In this document: piece by piece, positions 20,815 through 30,796 of the stretch | How positions within the stretch are numbered: position 1 is the stretch's first letter | Layout of the letters: each line of letters starts with the position of its first letter | Source of the DNA: a virus | Taxonomy: Duplodnaviria; Caudoviricetes | DNA: 55,526 nucleotides | Virus record (IMG/VR): IMGVR_UViG_3300006046_000007 | Span: 1 to 55,526 of that record | Reading direction: 5' to 3' (one strand) | Notes under the pieces: generated by a model | What the model saw: the letters and a program-made list of their open reading frames with translations, nothing else | Told to the model about the DNA's origin: nothing | Databases searched by the model: none | Translations under genes and position numbers: made by a program

Positions 20815-20853
20815 GAGTAGTTTAGTGTGGATCGAGGTCATGCTCAGGACCCC
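20815..20853 (-). ncRNA. Small H-type pseudoknot, copy C
   Basis: GGGGUC-CUGAGCAU-GACCUC...UAAAC-UACUC; abuts pistol 2. Confidence 0.55.
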
Positions 20854-20959
20854 GCAATGAGGCATTCAGTTGAACATCTATAGTGGGCGTTACCCACCAT
20901 CCGTCATCGAACTCACCTCCATCTAAATATGCACGCTCTTTCGAGCCTGACTATAGTAG

Positions 20960-21039
20960 CTCGCACGACGGGATTCGAACCCGCATACGCCGCCCTGGAT
21001 GTCCAGGCCCGAACGCTTTACCAATTAAGTTACATGCGA
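20960..21039 (-). tRNA. tRNA-like element with extended, non-canonical anticodon arm
   Basis: Acceptor UCGCAUG/CGUGCGA, D arm ACUU-AAUUGGUA-AAGC, T arm GCGGG-UUCGAAU-CCCGU; anticodon/variable region 29 nt instead of ~22, with CCUGG-ACAU-CCAGG hairpin; 3' end G-CUA, not CCA. Confidence 0.7.
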
Positions 21040-21086
21040 TGCCTCCCTAACCGTCACACTCGGGGGAACGCAGACGGCTAGAAACT

Positions 21087-21188
21087 CTAGTACCTTCGCT
21101 TCTTTGACGGATTCGTGTTGAAGACCCACGAATAGATCAAGCAGAAGAGAAGAATGGCGAAGACCACACCAATAACAAGTCGGACCAT
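21087..21188 (-). CDS. Small membrane peptide (MVRLVIGVVF...)
   Basis: 33 aa, AAGGAG RBS, one TM helix. Confidence 0.55.
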   Translation of the reverse strand: MVRLVIGVVFAILLFCLIYSWVFNTNPSKKRRY

Positions 21189-21595
21189 AATAACTCCTTT
21201 TATGTGATAGTTAGATCTTGACTACGTTGCGAAACAAAGAACTCTCATCGTGTGAGGTGAAGACGTACATCTCGAAAAAGACCATTGGTACGAAGAACTG
21301 GCAGTCCAAAGGCGAGCCCTCGTCACGTAGGAACCAGCCTTCTTCGTGCTCCTCAAGCCACTGTAAGGCCATCTCTAAGTCAAAATCTCGTCCTGCCTCG
21401 CTCCGAATCACACCTCGAAGATTCTCTGGTGTAATCTTGATTGCGTAAGCTTGCACAGGACGGCCTCTCACTTAGATGTGATCCACTGAATAAGCTCGAC
21501 AAACCCCCACCCGAACAAGAAAACGATTGCTAGAATGATGAAAACAATCACCCAAACAACGCCCCAGGCGAACTGATTGGTCTTTTTCTCATCCA

Positions 21596-22072
21596 TCAGA
21601 TCTCCTCGTAGTCAGCATACTTGGCCGCGAAACGGGATTCCTTGACCTTGGCATAGAGTTCTTTGACGTATGCCGTGATCCCAGAGTTCTGTCCATTCAC
21701 CCAACGAGATGGAGTGATGATAACATCGAGTTGCTCAAGAGTGTCTCGACGAATATCAGCTAGGTCACGTTCTGTTGCACGAAGCTTTCGCTCTCCCTTA
21801 AGAAGGTAGATCTTAGGCGGTTCGAACTTGTAAGAGATCTTGATCTTTAGCAGGTGCTCGTCAGGATCGCCTTCCTCATACCCAGGCATATCTCGTACTG
21901 CCCAGCCATCAGCGCGCATCTTGTCTGCAATCTCCTCAGATAGCATGGCAGTGAAGTTATGAGCACCTTCTGCGTTGAACGTGTCTTCCCGTCCATCGAA
22001 ATGCGAGAATGCCCACTTGACCTTGACGTCTTCAAGCTCGACATCGTTGACCCAATTACGATCTTCAGGCAT
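21596..22072 (-). CDS. Putative single-stranded DNA-binding protein
   Basis: F-x-G-RE..FN.EG..NF and ITAYVKELY patterns, acidic C-tail, located in the replication region. Confidence 0.6.
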   Translation of the reverse strand: MPEDRNWVNDVELEDVKVKWAFSHFDGREDTFNAEGAHNFTAMLSEEIADKMRADGWAVRDMPGYEEGDPDEHLLKIKISYKFEPPKIYLLKGERKLRATERDLADIRRDTLEQLDVIITPSRWVNGQNSGITAYVKELYAKVKESRFAAKYADYEEI

Positions 22073-24728
22073 TACGACTCGCCCCCTTGTTCGGGTTGAA
22101 GTCACAGTTCGGGTTGGTGGGGTTGTGGTAAGGACTGCACCCATCACTCAAGACCTCAGGTACTGGTTCCTGAGTCACGGGCGTCTCTACGACATCCTCC
22201 GACTCGACTTCATCTTCCTTCGGCTCAGGAACGTCCAACCCGTCGACGATCTGTTCCACTTCCCCTGCAGGCTGATGAAGGAGAATCTTGTTAAGAGCCG
22301 ACCGGTGTCGCTTGGCGTGGAATCGATGCTGCTTAGCAACAGAAAGGCACCATTGGTTAACTGTCTCGTTCTTGAGCTTCGGGGCCAGATTTTCGGCGAA
22401 TTCAGCGATATCTTCGTTGTATGTGATGGCATCTTCGTGATAGGCCTGGTCTTTTTGCATCAGGTCGTCTCTCTTCTTTCTCTGGTATTCTGAACAGGGA
22501 TAGCAGTGATCATCACTGCAATAGGTTCAGCCTGTTCAAGGAACTCAGCCAACATCTGCCCGTTAAGTCCAACGGCACTGATTTCAATCAGCACTTTGTC
22601 GGGCTCTCGGGAGATTACTGCATGTCCCATAATGTGCTTGTAGTTGGATCCGATAACTACCGGAACGGCACGTTCAGTACGTCGAGCCTTGTCAGCCACT
22701 AACCGCCGCCTCTTCTAGTTCGCGACGCTGACGTGCCTGAGCCGCCAGAAGGTCCTGACAGTGTAGACAGTTTTTGTCGATCTTCTTCCACGAATGCTTC
22801 TGGTCATGGTTGTTGCGCTGATTTTCTCGAGCGCGATGCTCTAGGCGACCCCGCTCTAGCTCCTGAGCCTTCTGCCCGGAACGCTTCACGTCTTCCAAGA
22901 ACTTAGCTCTCTTTGCGAGAGCTTGTTCGTGCTTCTGCTTACGAGTAGCCATGATGTCTCCTAAATATAGATGGTTACCGATGGTTGGTGATCTTGGTTC
23001 GTCCTCGTTTAGCTTCTTCTGTTGCTTTGTTGATGGCTTTGACGCCCTCTTTGAATGCCCGGTCCATATCAGCGCTTGCACGCCTAATGGCATCGGTCAT
23101 TTCTCGAAACGAAGCTTGAATTGCTGCTGAATCTTCCGGCGAGATCTCAAGGTAGACCTTTGCCGGCTCAGCTGTCCTTCGGTGCCAAAATGCCATGTCT
23201 ACCTCCCTCTCGGTCGTGGCAGTCGAACGCCTGCATACCCCTTGATGGCTGCTTTGAGTAGGATCTCTTCGCACTCCTTGACCGAGTAGCCTAGAAGCTT
23301 AGCGGTCTCTTTTATGTTTCCGGCGTTCAAGAGAACGTAGGGCTCTCGACCTTTGTCCTTTCTTCTTACTCGGTTTGACATCTGATAGGTCCTTTTCTTC
23401 GACATGCCCTAGGGAGAGGCAAGATATAGATTGATCGACAATCTGATGATACTGCTTATCTGTGATCACAGCAGACATGTCCATGTAGTTGCCATCCGTA
23501 TCTACGACAGCCTCTCCAATGACCTTACGGACACCATCTTCGTAGACGACTAGAGGGACCCGTTGAGTACTCATCTCACTCCTCGATGATGTCCAGAATG
23601 TTCAAGATCATGCTTTGCACGGTTGAACACGGCTGCTCCACAGTCGAGACATTCGTACAATCCGGCGATGAGCGGGCCTCTGTAACGTTCTTTCCACCCG
23701 TTCACTTGTGATCGAGATTCTTGAGTACCTCATCCAAAGGAGTAGCCATGATGTGCCCCGGCTGATTCCTCGTTGCTTTAGCGATCTCCTGCATCGTCAC
23801 CCAGTAACGAACACGAAGCGGGAGTCGACTAGCCATTTCCATCGCTGCCCACTCTCGAGTTCGCCGAAGCCGCTCCATAGTGGACATAGATGGAAGAGTC
23901 CAAATCGTTTTCAAACGCATGGCTCTTTCCTTTCTATGCGAGTTATTCTTTCCTAGTTAATCATTCGATAGCTTCTTTAACCTTGGCGAGCTGTTGATCT
24001 CTGTTAACATGAAAAGGGTCATGTATCGATCCTCGAAGCCGTCTTTTGTCTCTATCCGAGAGTGAGTTAAAGAACGCTTGGCCTAAGCGCTGTTTTCCTC
24101 TTATGAAGTATTTAAACTTCTCGAGGTCTCCTCCATGAGTGACTAAATATTCTTTAACTAGAGTTGAGGTGGATTCAGGCATTACTTTTTCACCGAAGTC
24201 CAACCGCATCGAGCACAGTGAAGTTCCATCCGACTGTTGTAGGTCGCTGCATCAAGTTGGTGACCCATTGCCCAACAGACGTACTTGTTGCTGACAGACT
24301 TTGCAATATCAGTAATGGACTTCCAGAAGATCATTAGACATCGTCTTCCTCGAACGGGTTGGGGAGGTCGGGATGATCTCCATTGACGTGCTTCTTGGCT
24401 CGGTCCTCAGCTGCTTTCGTGTTTCCTCCGGTGTAGGGACGATCATCACAGTAAGGGCAATAGACGGTTGTTACTGAGGTGGTTTCACTATCCATCATTC
24501 ACCTTTCTTGGTCGAAGATCGTGAGCGCGAATATCGATGATCTGGATGCGACTGCTGGTATTACCCCAAGTTCCTTCGGGAGAATGTCCTCTTGCGACAC
24601 CTCGATCTGAGTTCTGACCATGCTCGAAAGCAGCACTAGCGATCTGCACTGCGTCGCTGATAGAGTTGGCTGTGACCTCGACCTCACGAGTCTGAGTCAC
24701 AACGAAATGTTTCATCTCAGGCATAACG
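22065..24728 (-). CDS. Run of small hypothetical genes
   Basis: ORFs 22065-22460, 22460-22699, 22692-22952, 23299-23574, 23702-23920, 23961-24182 and neighbours. Confidence 0.6.
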
Positions 24729-26327
24729 CACGTTCCCATCTTTGTCTTCGTGTTGGTTAGAACGGTGCTCATACGGCTTCGTGCAGATGCTATGTCCACG
24801 CACTACAGTCTGTCCACAGATCAAGTGGAAGAATGCTCCACTGACGTTCACTATACGACCATTAAGAGAGACCCCAGGACCAAGAATGTTTTCCCCATTA
24901 TAACTATAAGGGTAGTGGTCGTAAGTCCGTCCAAAGGCAGTTATAGTTCGACCATCAAACTCAATACCTGGACCAAGAACCGTTACTCCATCTTTTCGGT
25001 ATGGATAGTCCTGGATCTCGTGGAGAGATGCTGCGAAGAAAATATCCTCCCCGATAACCTGTGCAAAATCAGCAGCGATCTCCTCGCTTGGGACCTCGGA
25101 AATAAGTCCCCCAAAGGGACTGTATCTCCAAAACTGTTCGTTTCCTGTCTCAGGCATCAAAATACCATCTTCCTTTTGTGGCCGGCATAATCCTCATGGA
25201 ACGTCGGCGGATGACCCAATCGCCTCACGCAAAAAGTCGATGGTCCTCCTAAGTTGCCAGAGACGAAAGCATCACATGCTCGGTAGTAGTTTTGCCCATG
25301 AGCATTGATGACGTTGCCGTCGGTGAAGACACCAGGGCCAAGAGCAGTGTAAGGACCGTCTGCATGAGGGTAGTTCACGATGACTGGATCTGACAGCTCA
25401 GCGAAGAAAACATTAAGGCTTCGAAGAAGTTCCGCAGCTTCTACACCCGATTCTTCGTCGTTCATCTGATAGATAAGCCCGGTGGGTCCAATGGCCCAAA
25501 CTGAAGACTTAGACATGAGGTGCCCTCTCGCGGAATAGGATGCCTTCGTTCTGGAGCATGGAAATGATATCTTCGGCTGTGTAGCTGATGCTTTGAACAC
25601 CGTCCAAAACGTCATACACCTTCTGCAAGGTGTTCTCATCGTGATACTCTTCGCCGGTGTCAAACTCAGCAAAGAAATAAATGAGACCGGGGAACATCTT
25701 TGCTAGTTCAGAAGCTGTATTTTCGTCCTTTACTTCTTTGAGCCCATAACTGCTCAAAGAGAAGATAGTGTGTGACTGGTCCATAATGTCTCCTTTTGGA
25801 TAATGGATTATTTAAAACAGAGTTCGTCGAAGTGCAGTTGGTTTTCCTGATTGGTGTCGAGAGCAACCGATCCGCAGATCTCACAGTAATGAAAAATCTG
25901 TGCACAACTGATACAGATGGTGTTGCCATCACGAGTTTCACGAAGAGAACTAGCTTCTTCGCTAGGGATCTTTTTGCGACAGAAGCTGCATTCGATCATA
26001 ATGTCTCCTTAGAGAGAGAAACCAATGGCCCAAATTGAAGAGTCAGACAACATCATACACCTCTGCGAAGAAGAAAATACCGAAGTCATGGTCTTCGGCG
26101 AATTTTTGGGCAAACTCTTCTCCGATGATGGCATAGACATCACCATAGCTGTCATTGTAGAACATGACCTGACGCTCTGGCTCAACGACGTCGGCGACGA
26201 AGTAAATGAGAGTAGGGAACTTCTCGGCTAGCTCTGCTGCTGAGCTTTCGTTCTTCACTTCTCTGAGCCCAGAGCTGCTAAAAGCAAAGATGGTGCGTTG
26301 CAGATTGATAGTATGTAGCTCGTCCAT
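24717..26327 (-). CDS. Tandem paralogous small-protein family (four genes) plus a Zn-finger gene (25808-25999)
   Basis: 24717-25160, 25157-25516, 25509-25784 and 26043-26327 share an N-terminal GL.EV..E..A.E.A....I(Y/F)F.A motif. Confidence 0.7.
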
Positions 26328-26392
26328 AATGTCTCCTCTTAGAGAAAGAAAAGAAGAGTTGTCCGGGGAGGACTGGATCACTTATGGATCCC

Positions 26393-26421
26393 TCTCATTT
26401 AGTGCGTTGTTTTTACCGCGA
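26393..26421 (-). promoter_or_regulatory. Phage promoter-like motif copy
   Basis: TCGCG-GTAA-AAACAA-CGCACTAA-ATGAGA. Confidence 0.75.
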
Positions 26422-26570
26422 ATATAGGCGAGCCTTTCCTCTGCTCGCATGTCGCACCCTGACAGACACTTGTGCGATTCCCCTGCTTGAGATGGGACCC
26501 CGCGTCTTCCTGAGCCATGTACTCAGGCTGCGTTACCCACTTGACCGTCGCTTTGGACGGACCATCAAGT

Positions 26571-29500
26571 CTAAATATAGCCAACTGCTCTAAGTGCGTC
26601 TTGGGCCTTGTTGACCAACTCATCGAAATATGACATATCGATAGCTTCTTGCAACCCTAACTCGAGAACTTTGTCAGCCTCGAGCCAGTCCCAACCTTTG
26701 GTTCCTGTGACAGCATACTCCTTGTCTTCGTTCACACGAAGGAGTTGTCCTTCACCCTTGCCAGTGCCTGGCTTGATCGGGATGAACCGACCGATACGTC
26801 CTACGAACCGCTTACCGTCCTCATTGGCGATATAGATCTCCCCCTTGACGACGTTACGAGTCTCACACAGGTCATCGAATGTGACCTCATCGTGACTGAG
26901 TAGATTCTTGAATACATATGGGTGTTGGAACTGAGCACCTGTAGCCGACCATTCGTCGCCTATCTTGGCAATATAGACGGCGTCGTTGAATAGCACGAAC
27001 TCGTCATAGGTTGCCTCATGCTCGAAGTCATAGCCATAATGCTTACCAAACTCGAACACGAATTCAATGATCTCCGGGGTAGCATCTGGGATCTTAATGC
27101 TATCTGTCTTGATGTGAGCAACAATGAAATCTTGCTCTTGGACAGCATGCTTCAGATCGATCATGAACAAGGCTCCGCGCTTAGCGACGATGTTGTCCTT
27201 GTTACGGGGGTCCCGGAAAGCGTTTTCAAACTTGGCAGAGGTAAGCCCATAGACGATGTTGATTGCAATCTTCAACGCATCTGACAAGTCTTTTGCTTGG
27301 TCCTCGTCTTCTAAGAATGGTGCAAGCTTGCCATCAAGCATACGGCGAGCCTCATCCAAAGCCCCCCGCTTAATCGAGATACGCGCTGCTACTAGCTCGT
27401 TGAACTTCTGAGTATACGGTCCGAAGACGTCCAACAACATGATCGAAGTCGGGTGCATTGAAGTGATGTCCAGCAGTGCCGTGTTCTTGTAGACACCAGG
27501 CTCAGCATAGACATAACCGCCTTCGCCAACCTCCTCATCCCTGTATGTTGACTTACCGAAGTCATACCGGTATCCATGGAACATTTCGGACAAGTCGGTG
27601 TAGAGAAATTCCCGCTGGGGCTTTTTCTCATTACCAAATATGATTCTTGCAGCGTGCTGTTGCGTAGAGTGATTGACACTTAGGCCACTCAGAGCAGCTA
27701 GGATCTTACGGGCGACCCAGTCGCCTTGGCGGGCTTCGAACGTGGCTTCTTCAGCGATAACGTCGTTGCCACAGTACTCAGCTACCTCAATCCAGCGTTC
27801 TTCAGGTACCGGCTGGTCCCAAGGTAACCCAAGCTCCATATGATGGATGCCGAGGTCGATCTCCCACTTCTTAAGCGACTGCTTGACCATGGAGAAGTCA
27901 TAAATATCGGTGTAACTGAGATCGTATGCTCCTCCAAACATAGCTGAACGGTCGCCTGCGATAATGCGCTGTGACAGGTCATACAACTGCTCTACGCTAT
28001 AACCCATGGCTGCAGCATAGAGAATATGGTTATCGTATCTACGGCAATTGAAGCCTACCAGCCGCAATGTCAGTAACTCGTCAACTTCTTGGGCAGACGG
28101 GTTGATCATCGTGACTACGTTGGCGTCTCCTGCGAACTTCCAGCAGATAACGAAGAGGTTAGGGAACACCTCAACGTCATAGAACGCAACCCGTTCGTCG
28201 TTGCTCTTTGTATTCAGCTCCAAAGTGTCAGCACTCTGGAACGGCATCTCTTGTACCAGTCGTATACAGTAACGAGCATGGTTAGTACTGCTCATTGCGA
28301 ACGAATACACATCAGGATATAGGTCGCTGACGTCATAAGGAATCTCAGAATCAAATGCGTCTTCCAAGATCTTCTTAATGAACTCGACTGATGGCTTCGT
28401 GCCGGGATGGATCTCTTTCTTGAGGTTCCTGACAATTAACTCTCGAACCGATTTCTCGTTCGTCATTGCTTTGTTGTCTTGCACAGTCACCTCCTTAAAA
28501 GGTAATCCAGAACTGATAGTCGCCATCTCAACAGAGTTACATCTAGCCACTTTCCGACGAAGGCTGCTGTTTCCAAGCAGCGTCTTGACTTCGATACCTT
28601 CCTCGTAAGAGGCTCTGAGTTCGTGTGGGTTGCCTTTCCAGATATAGTGAAGATGGACGCCATTGGCACCTTGGGATGCTTCGGCATAGGTGGGAGGCCA
28701 TTCGGCTGCCGCTTCCAGGTTTCGTTCCAAAGATTTGTTTCCATGCTCGTCCTTAAGGTCAAAGTCGATGACGATATGATTCTCAGGCACCTGCACATAA
28801 TGCAATCTGCTGGTGTCCAAGTCTTTGAGAGTAGTCGTGACTTCTTCCCACTTCTTCTCGGGAACGCCTGAAGTCGTAGCGTATTGAGCAGGACAGTCTG
28901 CCAGAATATCGTCTATCAAGGACTTCTTCTGGTCTAATACGAGAGACAAAGGAATCGACTCGTCGACTTTGATAAAACGATGGGTCTTGAACCCTGAGTA
29001 GTAGCTGCGGACTCGTACCCCATTGACCTCTGCACGATCCTCGAACTTGTCGAAGTACTGAGTGAGTTCAGAACGAAACTGGTGTCTTTGCATCTTGTAA
29101 CGGATCAAAGCATCTTCACAGAATTCTTTGTAAAGTTGCCACGCCTTATCAAGAGCGATACCATCCTGTGTGTACAGGATGTCGTAGATGTGTTCGATGA
29201 AGTTGAACATAACATCAGTCTCGTACATCATCGTGGTCGGACGGTAACTCGAGTAATGGTTCTTACCCAGAGAGTAGTAAACCCCAAGACAATGTTGAGC
29301 AATCGCCCCTAGCTCAAAGTCGATCTGGTTAAGGAGCACGTGATAATGCTTGTTCGGGATAAGGCTACCTGACGGATGAATATCGATCAAGCGACGAATA
29401 AGTCCCGACTTTGAACCAGTAATTCGTACTGGCTCGTTCGTTCCAAGGAACAAGAAAGCATAAGCCCTTGCATAGAACTCGGACTTGTACTTCTCGTTAA

Positions 29501-30242
29501 TAGAGAGCAACTCATGAGAGACAATCGAGTTCAATTTGCTGTTGTCTTCGATATGGCTCAAGTCGCCATCGTGTTGAATAGCAACGAGAGGATTGTGCTT
29601 GAAACCAGAAAGAGCAAACGCTGCGCCTGATGTCGTTATGGATTTGGCATCGAATGGGATGAAATATCCCTCAAACAACTTCTCGATAATGCTCATCACG
29701 GTCGATTTTCCTGAGCCAGCGGTGCCATAGAAGACTGCAAACTTCTGATTCTTCTTAGAGTCACCAGAAAGAATCGAGCCAATACACCACTCTATCTTCT
29801 CTCGTTCTTCTGGCAGATACAAAACGTCAATGAGTTCATCCCATGCTGGACAAGGTGCGTCCGTGAGAGAATATGGGAGTCGCTTTGATGCATACTTTTT
29901 TCTGTCGGGGACTTCGTCTGCGAACGCAAGCGTTAAATCAAGGTCGTTAGGCGAATCGTCCAAGGTGGAAATATAGGTCTTATACTGCGACCAGCTACGT
30001 GACTCGTATGAGTTCATCAACAGCGGAATGCCATCAAGCTTGTCTGCCTCGGCGTAGAGAGCTTCGTCCACCATTCGAGCGACGTCCATCTCGTCTCGAG
30101 ACCATAGACCTCTAGCCTCATCCCAGACCGCATAGAATGCGCGACCCTTGACGAGGAGATCTTTGGAGGACTGAACGAGGAAGTCAGGGTAGACAATAAG
30201 CCCTTCTTTCGTTCGTTTAGTTCTCAACTTATAGAAGTCCAC
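26571..30242 (-). CDS. Fused SF3/D5-like helicase - AEP primase - 3'-5' exonuclease - family B DNA polymerase
   Basis: GTAGSGKS (P-loop); IDFD...SQGANGVHLHY (AEP); YDVEVF, GFNCRRYD (exonuclease); DITSMHP, KIAINIVYG, IKTDS (PolB motifs A/B/C). Confidence 0.9.
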   Translation of the reverse strand: MDFYKLRTKRTKEGLIVYPDFLVQSSKDLLVKGRAFYAVWDEARGLWSRDEMDVARMVDEALYAEADKLDGIPLLMNSYESRSWSQYKTYISTLDDSPNDLDLTLAFADEVPDRKKYASKRLPYSLTDAPCPAWDELIDVLYLPEEREKIEWCIGSILSGDSKKNQKFAVFYGTAGSGKSTVMSIIEKLFEGYFIPFDAKSITTSGAAFALSGFKHNPLVAIQHDGDLSHIEDNSKLNSIVSHELLSINEKYKSEFYARAYAFLFLGTNEPVRITGSKSGLIRRLIDIHPSGSLIPNKHYHVLLNQIDFELGAIAQHCLGVYYSLGKNHYSSYRPTTMMYETDVMFNFIEHIYDILYTQDGIALDKAWQLYKEFCEDALIRYKMQRHQFRSELTQYFDKFEDRAEVNGVRVRSYYSGFKTHRFIKVDESIPLSLVLDQKKSLIDDILADCPAQYATTSGVPEKKWEEVTTTLKDLDTSRLHYVQVPENHIVIDFDLKDEHGNKSLERNLEAAAEWPPTYAEASQGANGVHLHYIWKGNPHELRASYEEGIEVKTLLGNSSLRRKVARCNSVEMATISSGLPFKEVTVQDNKAMTNEKSVRELIVRNLKKEIHPGTKPSVEFIKKILEDAFDSEIPYDVSDLYPDVYSFAMSSTNHARYCIRLVQEMPFQSADTLELNTKSNDERVAFYDVEVFPNLFVICWKFAGDANVVTMINPSAQEVDELLTLRLVGFNCRRYDNHILYAAAMGYSVEQLYDLSQRIIAGDRSAMFGGAYDLSYTDIYDFSMVKQSLKKWEIDLGIHHMELGLPWDQPVPEERWIEVAEYCGNDVIAEEATFEARQGDWVARKILAALSGLSVNHSTQQHAARIIFGNEKKPQREFLYTDLSEMFHGYRYDFGKSTYRDEEVGEGGYVYAEPGVYKNTALLDITSMHPTSIMLLDVFGPYTQKFNELVAARISIKRGALDEARRMLDGKLAPFLEDEDQAKDLSDALKIAINIVYGLTSAKFENAFRDPRNKDNIVAKRGALFMIDLKHAVQEQDFIVAHIKTDSIKIPDATPEIIEFVFEFGKHYGYDFEHEATYDEFVLFNDAVYIAKIGDEWSATGAQFQHPYVFKNLLSHDEVTFDDLCETRNVVKGEIYIANEDGKRFVGRIGRFIPIKPGTGKGEGQLLRVNEDKEYAVTGTKGWDWLEADKVLELGLQEAIDMSYFDELVNKAQDALRAVGYI

Positions 30243-30796
30243 ACTACTCCCTCCAGTTTCTCACGAAAATATGCAGCATGCTGTTCCCAGATCTCAACCC
30301 TCCTTTGGTCGGGATGGTCGTGTTGACTAAGAGGAAACAAGCCGCCATGGCCATTAGAGTCAAACAGGTTATGATCAACCCGTGTTGTTGCTGCATCAAC
30401 TAAATCTTGATCGACTTCGTCGTATCGCCCATCTTTCGGAGACAACAAGACTTTAGTCAAACCAAGGTTGTCGACAAGCTCCAACAAACGCTCTTGAACA
30501 CCACCTTCGTAAAGATAGTCCAAGGCCTCAGAGAGAGCGATAAGCATCTCGAACCAACTGCATTCCTCATCCATTATAGAGTTGGTCTTGCGTGGATCAA
30601 TATTGGCATCTAAAAACTCGTTCACGAACCGCTGCCGAAGACGAATGCCCTCGGCAGCCCGGCTCGAGTCATGACCGACAGAACGAGTAAACGTGTTGCG
30701 ATGAAGCATCCAACCAAGCCGTTCCAATGACTCAGTTGGAGACTCCATTAGGCTCAATAGCCACTTGAAGTAGAGGTCATCAACATCTGTGATCAC
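30224..30796 (-). CDS. Conserved hypothetical protein
   Basis: 190 aa, overlaps the polymerase start; GHGGLFPL...VEIW motif. Confidence 0.75.
   Translation of the reverse strand: MITDVDDLYFKWLLSLMESPTESLERLGWMLHRNTFTRSVGHDSSRAAEGIRLRQRFVNEFLDANIDPRKTNSIMDEECSWFEMLIALSEALDYLYEGGVQERLLELVDNLGLTKVLLSPKDGRYDEVDQDLVDAATTRVDHNLFDSNGHGGLFPLSQHDHPDQRRVEIWEQHAAYFREKLEGVVWTSIS

Noticed and set aside
20960-21039. Functional tRNA-Met(CAT)
   Set aside because: CAT sits in a 4-nt loop on an over-long arm, not a 7-nt anticodon loop
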